Made by a program: the position numbers and the translations under genes | Origin: Octopus vulgaris | Lineage: Eukaryota | Assembly (NCBI GenBank): GCA_951406725.2 | Contig: OX597815.1 | Span: 57,784,001 to 57,848,000 of the forward strand | Reading direction: 5' to 3' | Length of the DNA stretch: 64,000 nucleotides | In this document: one piece after another, positions 20,383 to 45,027 of the stretch | Layout: each line of letters begins with the position of its first letter | Numbering within the stretch: position 1 is the stretch's first letter | The notes under the pieces: generated by a model | Database searches by the model: none | What the model was told of the DNA's origin: nothing | What the model saw: only the letters and a program-made list of their open reading frames with translations

Positions 20383-23337
20383 CTAAGTCCAGTTTGCCGT
20401 GGCTGGCCACTGATCTAAGAGAGAGTTTGTAGCTGCTGCCCTTAGGTTACCTTCGTACCTTGCAGTGGGTTCATCTGGGATCCCGGAAAGCAGCTTGTCT
20501 AGATGTTTTTTGAAAATGTCCACATCCGCATCATGTAGATCTCTTAGTTTTCTTGGCAGTTTGTTGAAAAGCTGAGGGCCCCTGAACCCCAGGCTATTAC
20601 AGTATCTGCTCCTTACCCTGGATGTGGAAGACGGGACCTTTGGCACCACACAGTGACGTCCTGTACGGGGATTGGAACAGCTCTCAATTCCAAAATTTGG
20701 TGCTAGTCCCTCCAGGATTTTCCATATGTATATCACTGCATATCTCTCTCGTCTTCGTTCCAAGGAGTACAAATTGAGTTCCCTAAGCCTCTCCCAATAG
20801 TTCTTTTCTTTCATGGTGGAAATCCTCTTGGTGAAATGTCTTTGGATTGTCTCAAGCTCTGTGGTTAGTTTGACACTATGCGGTGACCACAGTTGGGAGC
20901 AGTAGTCCAGGCGGCTTAGGACAAATGTCCTCCATAGTGTCAACATGGTCTCGCAGTCTCTTGTCCGGAATGTCCTCAGGATCCAGCCAGTGAGTCGTCT
21001 GCACATTGTCGCCACCTTCGCGATGTGTGAAGAAAAAGATGCATCGTCACTCATGTCTATCCCCAGGTCCCGTATTGATTTCGATACTGGGATTTCGATC
21101 CCTCCTGGACCAGTATAGTTGTGTTGTAATGTATATGTGTTTACAGCTTGATATTGTAAGGCTTGAAATTTACCAGCATTAAATTGCATGTTGTTGTCTT
21201 CAGCCCATTTGTATATGGCATCCAGATCTTGTTGTAAAAGGTCAGCATCAGCTGGGTTTTTGATTGCCTGTGCTACCTTTGTGTCATCAGCATAGCTAGT
21301 GAGGGATGTTGTTTGTGCTACCAAGGGCATGTCAGAGAGCGCCACCAAAAACAGCAAGGGTCCCAAGACTGTGCCCTGTGGCACCCCGCTTGCTATTGGT
21401 GTCTTTCCCGAGAGGGCTCCATTGGCTGCAACCATCTGGCTTCTGTCCTTCAGGAAGTCATGTATCCACTCACCTACTTTTCCTGTTATGCCGAGTCTGA
21501 GTAATTTGTGACATATCACTCCGTGGTCGACTTTGTCAAAGGCCTTCGCAAAGTCGAGATATACCACATCCACCTGTGAGCGATCCAGTAGTTGTTTCAG
21601 TACCCAGTCGTAGTGTTGTAACAGCTGCGTAAGGCAGCTTCTTCCTGGGCGAAAGCCATGCTGTGTGTCAGTGAGACGGTTAGTTTCTTCGAGGAACGTG
21701 ATCAGTTTTTTTCTGATGATTCGTTCCATGACCTTACTTATGTGTGACGTCAGGGAGACTGGCCTGTAGTTTTTGGCCTCTGCTCTACTCCCTCCTTTGT
21801 GGATAGGGCATATGGTGCCTTCTTTTAGCGCCCTGGGCAGTTTACCGTTAGCCAAGGAACCACTGAAGAGCTTCTTCAGTGGTCCCGCTAGGGCATGCCT
21901 GCATGTTTTTAGGAGGACTGCTGGGAATCCATCTGGTCCAGCAGCTGAGTTTATTCTCATTTCTTCTATGGCAGATATTACATCCCTCTCTGTTATGTCT
22001 ATGTGGTCGATGGTTGTTGTTTGGTTTTGGAGTGTTGTGGCATCAAAGAAAACTTCTGGGTTTGTGATTTGCATGTGCCCCAGAGGGGATGTGAACACAC
22101 TTTTATACTGTTCCTTTAGTATTTCACTTATCCCTTGGGGGTCCTCAGTTAGAGAGCCCTTTTTATCAAAGAGTGGGCCAATCTTGCAGTGTACCGAGGT
22201 GGTTTCTTTCGCAAATTTAAAGAAGGCTTTAGGGTTTGTTTTAATATTCTCTATGGCCCTGGCTTCTCTCTCTGCCCTCTCCTTCTCATAGGAAAGTTTG
22301 AGTGCAGTTTCCGTTTCAAAAAGTTTCAGGTGGAGTCCCTCATTGTTTCTCTGCCGTGCATTCAGTTGCTTCGAGAGCTTAGCTCTTCGCCTCATAAGTA
22401 TTTTCCTGTCTCTGGGAATAACGTTCCTATGCCCGCTGGCTTTTTTCTCCGGGACAAACTTATGGCATATGTTCTGTATTGTTGTCATGAAATGTTGGAA
22501 ATGTGTGTTGGTGTCTTGTGTGGTGATGAAGTCACTCCAGTCATGTTTTCGGATCTCTTCGTTGATCTTCTTCCAGTTTGCCTTATGGAAGTTTAGACTG
22601 GATAGGCCTGTGGTATTTTCTAATGGCTGCGTCTCAACTAACTCTCTCATACCATATATCATTACCTCTACTAAGTTGTGATCTGAGAGAATTGTTGGTG
22701 TTACCATTATGTTGTGGATGAGCATCGGGTTGCTTGTGAAACAGAGGTCCAAGACATTCTCACCTCTTGTTGGCCAAAGCACTGCTTGCTCCATGAAAAA
22801 CTTGCGTGTGAGAGCCAACAAGGACTCTGTCTGTCTCTGTTCAAGTGATGTCATTCCAGGGAGGAGATGGCCATCTGGCCATTTGACTTTCGGAAGGTTA
22901 AAATCTCCCAGCAGTAGAATGGTGTTACCCTGGTCCAGTTTGTCCAGGACTTCTTCTATTCTTCTGAGGCTATCTTCAAACACTCCTTCATGACTAGGGG
23001 TGTCTGGTGGCCGATATGTGACACATATTACTATTTTCGGTTGTTTCATGTGTACTATCAGTGTGTCACAGACTGAGTTTGAGTGTGTCAACAGTACTAT
23101 GGGTGTGACATCTTCACGGACGTACAGGGCAACCCCACCATGAGTTCTTTCCTTCCTGTCCGACCGAAAAACAGTATACTTCGGTATGTGTATTTCTGCA
23201 TCTGCTATACTGCTTGACAGGTGCGTTTCAGTCAGCGCTATGCATATTGCATGGTTGCTTGTGCTCAAGTCCCTAAGGTAAGGAATTTTACCCATATTAG
23301 TGGGTTTCACCAGACCTCTGACATTCAGCAGAAGCAC
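20383..23337 (-). CDS. LINE B ORF2: APE endonuclease plus reverse transcriptase (984 aa, no AUG before the EN motif)
   Basis: EN motifs LLNVRGL, LTETHL, GDFN, SDH; RT motifs [43 protein letters not shown]; uninterrupted. Confidence 0.95.
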   Translation of the reverse strand: MLLLNVRGLVKPTNMGKIPYLRDLSTSNHAICIALTETHLSSSIADAEIHIPKYTVFRSDRKERTHGGVALYVREDVTPIVLLTHSNSVCDTLIVHMKQPKIVICVTYRPPDTPSHEGVFEDSLRRIEEVLDKLDQGNTILLLGDFNLPKVKWPDGHLLPGMTSLEQRQTESLLALTRKFFMEQAVLWPTRGENVLDLCFTSNPMLIHNIMVTPTILSDHNLVEVMIYGMRELVETQPLENTTGLSSLNFHKANWKKINEEIRKHDWSDFITTQDTNTHFQHFMTTIQNICHKFVPEKKASGHRNVIPRDRKILMRRRAKLSKQLNARQRNNEGLHLKLFETETALKLSYEKERAEREARAIENIKTNPKAFFKFAKETTSVHCKIGPLFDKKGSLTEDPQGISEILKEQYKSVFTSPLGHMQITNPEVFFDATTLQNQTTTIDHIDITERDVISAIEEMRINSAAGPDGFPAVLLKTCRHALAGPLKKLFSGSLANGKLPRALKEGTICPIHKGGSRAEAKNYRPVSLTSHISKVMERIIRKKLITFLEETNRLTDTQHGFRPGRSCLTQLLQHYDWVLKQLLDRSQVDVVYLDFAKAFDKVDHGVICHKLLRLGITGKVGEWIHDFLKDRSQMVAANGALSGKTPIASGVPQGTVLGPLLFLVALSDMPLVAQTTSLTSYADDTKVAQAIKNPADADLLQQDLDAIYKWAEDNNMQFNAGKFQALQYQAVNTYTLQHNYTGPGGIEIPVSKSIRDLGIDMSDDASFSSHIAKVATMCRRLTGWILRTFRTRDCETMLTLWRTFVLSRLDYCSQLWSPHSVKLTTELETIQRHFTKRISTMKEKNYWERLRELNLYSLERRRERYAVIYIWKILEGLAPNFGIESCSNPRTGRHCVVPKVPSSTSRVRSRYCNSLGFRGPQLFNKLPRKLRDLHDADVDIFKKHLDKLLSGIPDEPTARYEGNLRAAATNSLLDQWPATANWT

Positions 23338-24259
23338 TGGTGAGACACCCGGGTGTCAATAAAGGCTGACGGTGTGGCACCTGGGCCGGCGTCAGCGGTG
23401 GCCACCCTGGGTCCCTTGATTGTGGTGGTCTTGAGTGCTGTTGTGAGTGCCCCTGGCTCTGAAGACGATGTATCCAGGCCAGTTGTCCCACAATTTTCTC
23501 TGCCATTTCCACAAAATTTCTTTGTTCTGCTGCCGCCGTCTGCATTTCCTCTGCAAATGTGCGCCTTCTCCTTGTTGGGGCATTACGCACTATGTCTGCA
23601 TATTTCTGGGGCAGCTTGTATTTGTTCTGGTTTTGGTTAAGGCATTTTGGTCGAGTGGGTTTGATGCAATTTCCATAGGGCCTGGGATGAGCGAACCTGC
23701 ATCCTTCCCCTGTTTCTCCATGCCAGCAGGTTCCATTCCGGAAGAATTTGCATGTTATCTGGGTTTTCTTGTCCCCAGTTCCTCTCTGTTTTTTCTTCCT
23801 CCGTTGGACGGTTGTCCACTGGTTCCTTTCTGCATAGGTCTTTTCATCCGGGTGGTTATTTTCTGTTTCCCCATCGCCGCCTATCTGTTGTTTGCCCTGC
23901 TTGCCTTCTTCGACTGTGGCAGTGGGCGTGTCATTTTTTGACACTCTGTGGTTGGTGTTTCCTGTTTCCATCTCTCTCTCTTTGTCTTTGTCCACCTTGA
24001 GGACTTGGCTTAGCAAAGCCATGTGTGGTGCAATGAGAGTGTAGGCCCTTTCGACTTCTCTTTTCTTCCTCTCTACTTGCGCCAACGTCCTCATAAAGCC
24101 ATGGCTTTTCAGGGTCACCGCTATGTTTTTAGATGGTTGCGATCTGTTGGCCGAGCTCCATCCTCTGATGAAAACTTCCAGCTCTACTTTCGTCCAGTTA
24201 CGCTGGCTTTTGTTGACGCCAGTGTTTGCATTCACCTCTAATTTTTGCATGTTGTCCAT
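23297..24259 (-). CDS. LINE B ORF1 (320 aa): Myb/SANT-like trihelix, basic NLS-like patch, CCCH zinc finger
   Basis: WTKVELEVFIRGW...IAVTLKSHGFMRTLAQVERKKREVERAY; RRKKKQR; C-x7-C-x8-C-x3-H (CKFFRNGTCWHGETGEGCRFAH); C-terminus resembles the family C ORF1 remnant. Confidence 0.85.
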   Translation of the reverse strand: MDNMQKLEVNANTGVNKSQRNWTKVELEVFIRGWSSANRSQPSKNIAVTLKSHGFMRTLAQVERKKREVERAYTLIAPHMALLSQVLKVDKDKEREMETGNTNHRVSKNDTPTATVEEGKQGKQQIGGDGETENNHPDEKTYAERNQWTTVQRRKKKQRGTGDKKTQITCKFFRNGTCWHGETGEGCRFAHPRPYGNCIKPTRPKCLNQNQNKYKLPQKYADIVRNAPTRRRRTFAEEMQTAAAEQRNFVEMAEKIVGQLAWIHRLQSQGHSQQHSRPPQSRDPGWPPLTPAQVPHRQPLLTPGCLTSASAECQRSGETH

Positions 24260-24434
24260 TCCGTTGTAGCGGGGAGAGAGAGAGAAGCTGTGAGGGAAAA
24301 AGGGAAAAAGGGAGGAGAGAGGAAGAGATTGTGATTGTGAGGAAGGGAGGAATTATATTATATTATATTATATTAATTTATATTAATCTAATTTATATTA
24401 ATCTAATAGTGCAATAGGGGGGTAGGGAGAAAGT

Positions 24435-24725
24435 AGAGAAAGGGAGCGTCTATGTACTTAAGGAGAAATTGGGAGCCGAGAGTAAGAGAGAAGAGGAAGA
24501 GGAGAGACTGAGAGCTGAAGGAAGAGAGAGAAAGCGTCTATGTCCTTATATGTATCCGAGAGAGGAGAGTAAGTTAGAAGAGAAAGGGAGCGTCTATGTA
24601 CTTAAGGAGAAATTGGGAGCCGAGAGTAAGAGAGAAGAGGAAGAGGAGAGACCGAGAGCTGAAGGAAGAGAGAGAAAGCGTCTATGTCCTTATATGTATC
24701 CGAGAGAGGAGAGTAAGTTAGAAGA
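24435..24725. repeat. 2 x 144-bp tandem repeat in the LINE B leader
   Basis: agggagcgtctatgtacttaagg recurs at 24441 and 24585. Confidence 0.9.
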
Positions 24726-25093
24726 GAGAAATGGAGAGACAAGGAGAAGCGGGAGAGAAACTGAAGAGATAGAAGAGAGTAATGGAGAGACAAAGAGATA
24801 GGGAGAGAAGGAAGAAATATAGAGAGAATTTATATATTTGAAAGAGGGGAGTAAGATAGAATGAGAGCTATGAAGAGACAAGGAGAAGCGTGAGTGAGAG
24901 AAACTGAAGAGACAGACAGAGAGAGAGAGAGAGGGGAGAATTCTAAGCGAAGCTATTTGTACACACACACACACGCGTATACATACACACATATACACAT
25001 GTGTGCACACGCACATATATAAACAGTAGTACCAAGTGAGTATATAAAGAAACAATAATAATAATAATGAAATAGCTGAAAGAAAACAATCCA

Positions 25094-25345
25094 AGAGATT
25101 TTACAGAAATTAAGCAGAGAAAAAGAGAAAAGAAAATATGTATTTGTCGCTACAGACAATGTATTCTAAAATAAAAACTAATTGCGACTATACTTTTAAC
25201 ACACACATATACATACACATAGAGATTTTACAGAATTTAAGCAGAGAAAAAGAGAAAAGAAGATATACATTTGTCCGTCGCTAAAACAATGTCTTCTAAA
25301 AATAATTGCGGCTATACTTCTAACACACACATATACATACACATA
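25094..25345. repeat. 2 x ~127-bp tandem repeat in the LINE B leader
   Basis: agagattttacagaa...catatacatacacat recurs at 25094 and 25221. Confidence 0.85.
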
Positions 25346-25933
25346 GATATATTATTATTTTCTGTTTGAAAGAACACTAATGATAACAAAATAAGTAATA
25401 TTTTTTTTTTTCCTTACCTTACCGGCTGAGAGAGAGTACTTACGCGATTCCTTTTTATGAGAAAGGAAGATAGATAGACAAGACAGACCTTTTTTTTTTC
25501 CCCCAAGCGCACTTTGTAAACAAAAGGGATTTGAGTTTCGATTTAGCACGTGCAACAGTTTGAGGAATACTTTCTGTATTTCCCTAAGCGATTTGGTATT
25601 AAGCAGCAAATTTTTCAGAGGCTTTTTTCAGAACACGCAGATATACATCAAAAACGAAAATATCCTGTGTCTTGTTGATTCACAGACGAAGAATAAAATT
25701 CACTTCGATTTCGGGAAAGTAACACACGTGCGTTTTAACACGTGTATTCGCGAGTATGTTCTAGTTGCAAAACACTATATCAAAAGCGAAAATATTCTTC
25801 TCAAATACAGTGACTTGTTGTACTTTCACTTATATTCGCTTTGCAGACAATTTCGCTTCTGATAACATCGATCTCTGGAAGGACTTCCTTAATGTTTAGG
25901 AGAGAGACGTTAACACACTTGTTGTTAGTTCAG

Positions 25934-25942
25934 CGCCATCTT
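25934..25942 (-). promoter_or_regulatory. YY1-like motif AAGATGGCG at the 5' tip of LINE B
   Basis: Minus strand reads (TA)n-AAGATGGCGCTG, matching the YY1 core AANATGGC. Confidence 0.45.
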
Positions 25943-26615
<673 letters not shown>

Positions 26616-29600
26616 TGATTATTGATTGATTGATTGATTCTAGTTTCAGCTTATGAGCTGTGGCCATGCTGGGGCACCGCCATTTGGTGTTGCTACTTGG
26701 TTTCACTTCATGGAGGCTTTCTAGCAACTGCTATTTGGTGCATGAGAGAGTTCGATGCAGCTGCCCTCATCTGCCCCTCCTGCCGTGAAGTTGGTTCATC
26801 TGGGACACCTGACAGGAAGAGATCCAGCTTCATTTTAAAGACATCTGTATCCACCCCATGCAGGTCTCTCAGGTTCTTCGGGAGGATATTGAAGAGCTGT
26901 GGGCCTCGGAAGCCCAGGCTATCACAGAATCTTGTCCTACATCTTGATGGCAGGTTTGGAGTCCTAGGCACCACGCAGTGGCGCCCAGTTCTGGCATTTG
27001 CGTAACTCTCGATGCCAAAGTTCAGGACACTTCCCTCCAGGATCTTCCAGATGTATATTATGGCATATCTTTCCCGCCTACGCTCCAGGGAATATAATTT
27101 TAATCTCTTGAGTCTTTCCCAGTAGCTTACATTCTGCATAGAGGCTATCTTCTTTGTGTAGCTTCGTTGGATCGCCTCAAGTTCTGTGATCAACTTGACA
27201 CTGGATGGTGACCATAGCTGAGAGCAATAGTCAAAGTGGCTTAGGACAAGTGTCTTCCAGAGGACCATCATGGTTTCTTGTTCTCTTGTTCTAAAGGTTC
27301 TAAGAATCCAGCCAGCCAGCCGTCTACATTTCATTGTCAGTTTAGCAACATGTACATGAAAGGTCGCGTCATCACTCATGTGAATACCCAGGTCACGCAC
27401 TGATTGTGCCTCTGGGATTGCAAACCCTCCGGGTCCAGTGTATTCATTGGGTATTGCATTCAGTTTTGCATGCTGATAGTATAAAGCTTGAAACTTTCCA
27501 GCATTGAACTGCATGCTATTCTTTTCAGCCCACTTGTATATTTCGTCCAGCTCACATTGCAGGTGTTTAGTGTCCTCAGGGTTCTGTATTGCCTGTGAAA
27601 CTTTTGTATCATCTGCATAACTTGTGATCGTGGCTCTCTGCGTGGCTGAGGGCATGTCTGAGAGGGCCATTATGAACAGTAGTGGTCCCAGAACAGTGCC
27701 CTGCGGAACACCGCTCACTATTTGTGTGTTAATGGAGGTGGCCCCATTGGCTACTACCACCTGACTTCTATCCTTCAGAAAGTCATGAAGCCATTCTCCC
27801 AGTTTTCCAACTATGTTGAGATCACGCAGTTTGTGACATATCATTCCATGATCGACTTTATCAAAGGCCTTTGCAAAGTCGAGATATATCACTTCCACAT
27901 TTGAGTGGTTGAGCAGCCGTTTCAGCACCCAGTCATAGTGTTGTAGGAGCTGAGTTAAACAGCTTCTCCCTGGTCGGAAACCATGTTGGGTGTCGGGCAG
28001 CAAGTCATTCTCTTCAAGGAAGGTGATCAGCTTCCTTCTGACTATTCGTTCCATGACCTTGCTGATGTGTGAGGTCAGAGAGATAGGTCTATAGTTCTTG
28101 GCTTCCGCTCTGCTACCTCCTTTATGAATGGGGCATATTTTACCTTCCTTCAGTTTTCCTGGAAGTTTGCCAGCTGCAAGGAAGCTCTGAAAGAGGAACT
28201 GCAGTGGTCTTGCTAGGACTCTCTTACATGCTTTTAGGAGGATTGCCGGGAATCCATCGGGGCCAGTAGCTGAGTCTGTTTTCATTTCATCTATAGCCTT
28301 GGTTACATCGTCTTCCTTTATATCGATGTAATCTATCGTCGCCGCCTCTGATTTTATATCTGCAGTGGTAAAAAAGTCAGTTGGATTGGTGATTTGGAGA
28401 TGCCCAAGGGGTGGAGTGAAAACACTCTTGAATTGCTCATTCAGTATTTCACTTACCCTCATTGGTTTTCCTGTAAGTGTGCCATCCTTTTCGAGGAGTG
28501 GCCCTATTCTACAGTGCACTGTAGCTGTTTCTTTGGCATACCTGTAGAAAGCTCTGGGGTTAGATTTTATGTTTTCTATAGCCCAGGCTTCTTTGTCTGC
28601 TCTTTCTTTTTCATGGGAGAGTTGCAGACATTTTTCGATTTCCAACAGTTTTATTTTTAGGCGGGACTTTTCACTGCTTTCAATCTGTTTGTTTAGGCGA
28701 TTTGAAAATTTCGTACGCCGTCTCATTAAAATTTTCCTCTTTCTGGGGATTTTGTTCTTGTGTACAGTGGCCTTTCTCTCTGGGACACATTTGTAGCATA
28801 TGGCTTGCATTACAGACATGAATTGTTGAAGTTTCACGTCGATGTCTGGCGAGGAGAGACATTTAGGCCAGTTTTGTTTGAGGATCTCTTTCTCAATTTG
28901 TTTCCAGTTTGCCTTATGGTAGTTCAAGCTGGAAAGATTTTGAGGGTTTCTTGTAGGCTGCATGTCCGTGCTCTCTTTTGGCCCGTACATGGTCAGCTCT
29001 ATCATGTTGTGATCCGAGAGTAGTGTCGGTGTCACTTTCACATTATGGATGAGATCCATGTCATTTGTGAAGCAGAGATCCAGTGTGTTACCTGCCCTGG
29101 TTGGTTGGAGTATTACCTGCTCCATGTACAGGGTGTTGATGAGGTTCAGGAGGGACCTCGCCTGTCCTCGTTCACATCTTGTCATTCCTGGGAGAGAAAG
29201 GCCCACGGGCCATCTGACATTGAGCAGATTGAAGTCTCCCATAAGAAGCACACCTATGTGTTGTTCTAATGTGGTTAGAATTTCTTCTATTTTTATAAGG
29301 CAGTCTTCAAACTTGCCCACATGGCTTGGGGCATCTGGAGGGCGATATGTAGCACACACAACTACATCAAGTTGCCTAATATGTACAATTAGTGTGTCAC
29401 ACACCGAGTTTGAGTATGACAAGAGGACCTGGGGTGTGAGGTCCTCACGGATGTACATAGCAACACCTCCATGACACCTTTCTTTCCTGTCGGTCCGTAG
29501 TACAGCATACTGTGGTATGTGTAACTCCGCATCTGCTATGTCCGGTTTCAGGTGCGTTTCTGTAAGTGCTATGCATAAGGCTTGATTGCATGCAACAAAG

Positions 29601-29887
29601 TCTCTCAGGAACGGGATCTTTGTCCTGTTACTGAGTGTTTGCAGTCCTCTAATGTTCAGTAGGAGTATCGAGGTGAGGTGTACGTTGTTGCCGGCGGTGT
29701 CCATCCTGTGTCTGTTTGCGGTGGTGGTCTGGTATACAGTGGGTAGTCCCACCTGCGGGCTTGGGTTTGATGAAGCCAGGTCAGCTGCTGTACAATCTTT
29801 TGTGCCATGCACAAAAAAGATTGTTGCTCAGCAGCTGCTCTTTCGACAACATCATGTTGGCTGTTTGTGGCGCGCACAACATCTGCG
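26616..29887 (-). mobile_element. CR1-group LINE family C copy 1, truncated within ORF1
   Basis: Intact ORF2, ORF1 C-terminal remnant at 29656-29887, (AATC)n tail; (TA)n on both sides. Confidence 0.93.
26708..29704 (-). CDS. LINE C1 ORF2: APE endonuclease plus RT, intact (frame open upstream to 29812; likely AUG at MDTAG)
   Basis: [47 protein letters not shown]. Confidence 0.93.
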   Translation of the reverse strand: MDTAGNNVHLTSILLLNIRGLQTLSNRTKIPFLRDFVACNQALCIALTETHLKPDIADAELHIPQYAVLRTDRKERCHGGVAMYIREDLTPQVLLSYSNSVCDTLIVHIRQLDVVVCATYRPPDAPSHVGKFEDCLIKIEEILTTLEQHIGVLLMGDFNLLNVRWPVGLSLPGMTRCERGQARSLLNLINTLYMEQVILQPTRAGNTLDLCFTNDMDLIHNVKVTPTLLSDHNMIELTMYGPKESTDMQPTRNPQNLSSLNYHKANWKQIEKEILKQNWPKCLSSPDIDVKLQQFMSVMQAICYKCVPERKATVHKNKIPRKRKILMRRRTKFSNRLNKQIESSEKSRLKIKLLEIEKCLQLSHEKERADKEAWAIENIKSNPRAFYRYAKETATVHCRIGPLLEKDGTLTGKPMRVSEILNEQFKSVFTPPLGHLQITNPTDFFTTADIKSEAATIDYIDIKEDDVTKAIDEMKTDSATGPDGFPAILLKACKRVLARPLQFLFQSFLAAGKLPGKLKEGKICPIHKGGSRAEAKNYRPISLTSHISKVMERIVRRKLITFLEENDLLPDTQHGFRPGRSCLTQLLQHYDWVLKRLLNHSNVEVIYLDFAKAFDKVDHGMICHKLRDLNIVGKLGEWLHDFLKDRSQVVVANGATSINTQIVSGVPQGTVLGPLLFIMALSDMPSATQRATITSYADDTKVSQAIQNPEDTKHLQCELDEIYKWAEKNSMQFNAGKFQALYYQHAKLNAIPNEYTGPGGFAIPEAQSVRDLGIHMSDDATFHVHVAKLTMKCRRLAGWILRTFRTREQETMMVLWKTLVLSHFDYCSQLWSPSSVKLITELEAIQRSYTKKIASMQNVSYWERLKRLKLYSLERRRERYAIIYIWKILEGSVLNFGIESYANARTGRHCVVPRTPNLPSRCRTRFCDSLGFRGPQLFNILPKNLRDLHGVDTDVFKMKLDLFLSGVPDEPTSRQEGQMRAAASNSLMHQIAVARKPP

Positions 29888-31036
<1,149 letters not shown>

Positions 31037-31325
31037 CCCGTTTCGTGTTCGTCGCCAGCCTCGCCTGGCCCTCGTGCCGGTGGCACATAAAAAACACCAT
31101 CCGTTCGTGGCCGTTTGCCAGCTCTGGCTGGCACCAGTGCGGGTGGCACGTAAAAAGCACCCACTACACTCACGGAGTGGTTGGCGTTAGGAAGGGCATC
31201 CAGCCGTAGAAACACTGCCAGATTTGACTGGGCCTGATGAAGCCTTCTGGCTTCACAGACCCCAGCAGAACGTCCAACCCATGCTAGCATGGAAAACGGA
31301 CGCTAAATGATGATGATGATGATGA

Positions 31326-31328
<3 letters not shown>
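31037..31328 (+). mobile_element. RTE 3' UTR distal piece with (GAT)n tail
   Basis: Similar to 860-1088; ends CATGGAAAACGGACGCTAAATGATGATG. Confidence 0.88.
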
Positions 31329-38442
<7,114 letters not shown>

Positions 38443-38584
38443 CAACCCCAAATGGGGTTGTAATCATTCAACAGCCTTATAATTTTAATATAAATTAACC
38501 ATTATGGTATTTTTAGTATGCTGGCCACTGAAAAATCAATAAATAATGATTTTATCCTAATTACCTATGTATATATATATATGT

Positions 38585-39152
38585 ACAAACAGCAGAACTC
38601 AAAGTAATTCAGAGAAGCTACACAAAGAAAATCGTCTCAATGCAAAATATCAGCTACTGGGAAAGACTGAAGGTATTAAACCTCTTCTCCCTAGAGCGGA
38701 GGCGGGAGAGATATGCAGTGATATACATCTGGAAAATCCTGGAGTGTCTTGTCCCAAACTTTGGCATTCAAAGTTACTCCAACCGCAGAACGGGGTGCCG
38801 CTGCGTGCTGCCAAGGATTCCAACATCACCATCAAAATACAGGTCCAGATACTGCAACAGCTTGGGTTTCAGAGGACCACAGCTCTTTAACATCCTCCCT
38901 AAATGCCTGAGAGACTTACATGGTGTGGATGTGGGTTTCTTTAAAACTAAACTGGATCTCTACTTGTTGGGAGTCCCAGATGAACCTACCTCACGACAGG
39001 AGACTCGGATGCGGGCAGCAGCATCGAACTCCCTTGTTGATCAAGTGCAACGTATCAGAGGTGGTTTCACAAATTAGTGTAGCTCATTCAGCGGTGGTGC
39101 CCCAGCATGGCCGCGGCCTTCGGGCTAAAACATTTTTAAGGATTTAAGGATT
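38585..39152 (+). mobile_element. CR1-group LINE family A copy 2 (3' ~570 bp)
   Basis: Near-identical to 15570-16137; same (TTTAAGGA)2 tail; TA on both sides. Confidence 0.93.
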
Positions 39153-39874
<722 letters not shown>

Positions 39875-41796
39875 TGATTGATTGATTGATTGATTGATTC
39901 TAGTTTCAGCTTATGAGCTGTGGCCATGCTGGGGCACCGCCATTTGGTGTTGCTACTTGCTTTCACTTCATGGAGGCTTTCTAGCAACTGCTATTTGGTG
40001 CATGAGAGAGTTCGATGCAGCTGCCCTCATCTGCCCCTCCTGCCGTGAAGTTGGTTCATCTGGGACACCTGACAGGAAGAGATCCAGCTCCATTTTAAAG
40101 ACATCTGTATCCACCCCATGCAGGTCTCTCAGGTTCATCGGGAGGATATTGAAGAGCTGTGGGCCTCGGAAGCCCAGGCTATCACAGAATCTTGTCCTAC
40201 ATCTTGATGGCAAGTTTGGAGTCCTAGGCACCACGCAGTGGCGCCCAGTTCTGGCGTTTGCGTAACTCTCGATGCCAAAGTTCAGGACACTTCCCTCCAG
40301 GATCTTCCAGATGTATATTATGGCATATCTTTCCCGCCTACGCTCCAGGGAATATAATTTTAATCTCTTGAGTCTTTCCCAGTAGCTTACATTCTGCATA
40401 GAGGCTATCTTCTTCGTGTAGCTTCGTTGGATCGCCTCAAGTTCTGTGATCAACTTGACACTGGATGGTGACCATAGCTGAGAGCAATAGTCAAAGTGAC
40501 TTAGGACAAGTGTCTTCCAGAGGACCATCATGGTTTCTTGTTCTCTTGTTCTAAAGGTTCTAAGAATCCATCCAGCCAGCCGTCTGCATTTCACTGTCAG
40601 TTTAGCAACATGTACATGAATGGTCGCGTCATCACTCATGTGAATACCCAGGTCACGCACTGATTGTGCCTCTGGGATTGCAATCCCTCCGGGTCCAGTG
40701 TATTCCTTGGGTATTGCATTCAGTTTTGCATGCTGATAGTATAAAGCTTGAAACTTTTCAGCATTGAACTGCATGCTATTCTTTTCAGCCCACTTGTATA
40801 TTTCGTCCAGCTCATATTGCAGGTGCCTAGTGTCTTCAGGGTTCTGTATTGCCTGTGAAACTTTTGTATCATCTGCATAACTTGTGATCGTGGCTCTCCG
40901 CGTGGCTGAGGGCATGTCTGAGAGGGCCATTATGAACAGTAGTGGTCCCAAAACAGTGCCCTGTGGAACACCGCTCACTATTTGCGTGCTAATGGAAGTG
41001 GCCCCATTGGCTACTACCACCTGACTTCTATTCTTCAGAAAGTCGTGAAGCCATTCTCCTAGTTTTCCAATTATGCCAAGATCACGCAGTTTGTGACATA
41101 TCATTCCATGATCGACTTTATCGAAGGCCTTTGCGAAGTCGAGATATATGACTTCCACATTTGAGTGGTTGAGCAGTTGTTTCAGCACCCAGTCATAGTG
41201 CTGCAGGAGCTGAGTTAAGCAGCTTCTTCCTGGTCGGAAACCATGTTGGGTGTCAGGCAGCAAGTCATTTTCTTCAAGGAAGGTGATTAGTTTCCTTCTG
41301 ACTATTCGTTCCATGACCTTGCTGATGTGTGAGGTCAGAGAGATAGGTCTGTAGTTCTTGGCCTCCGCTCTGCTACCTCCTTTATGAATAGGGCATATTT
41401 TACCTTCCTTCAGTTTTCTTGGAAGTTTGCCAGCTGCAAGGAAGCTCTGAAAGAGGAACTGCAGTGGTCTTGCTAAGACTCTCTTACATACTTTTAGGAG
41501 GATTGCCGGGAATCCATCGGGGCCAATAGCTGAGTCTATTTTCATTTCATCTATAGCCTTTATTACATCGTCTTCCTTTATATCGATGTAATTTAACGTC
41601 GCCGCCTCCGATTCTATATCTGCAGTGGTAAAAAAGTCAGTTGGATTGCTGATTTGGAAATGCCCAAGGGGTGGAGTGAAAACACTCTTGAATTGTTCAT
41701 TCAGTATTTCACTTACCCTCATTGGTTTTCCTAGAGTGTGCCATCCTTTTCAAGGAGTGGCCCTATCCTACAGTGCACCGTAGCTGTTTCTTTGGC
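39875..41796 (-). mobile_element. CR1-group LINE family C copy 3, 5'-truncated (RT ORF 39968-41722 open)
   Basis: RT motifs intact, (AATC)n tail, TA on both sides. Confidence 0.93.

Positions 41797-45027
<3,231 letters not shown>

Larger units (their letters stand above)
24288..25443 (-). other. Putative spliceosomal intron in the LINE B 5' UTR
   Basis: Donors GTAAGT (25443) and GTAAGG (25422, 25417); long polypyrimidine tract plus CAG acceptor 28 nt before the ORF1 AUG. Confidence 0.5.

Noticed and set aside
24469-24801. Antisense 110-aa Glu/Arg-rich ORF in the LINE B leader
   Set aside because: Explained by a purine-rich 144-bp tandem repeat with a non-AUG start.
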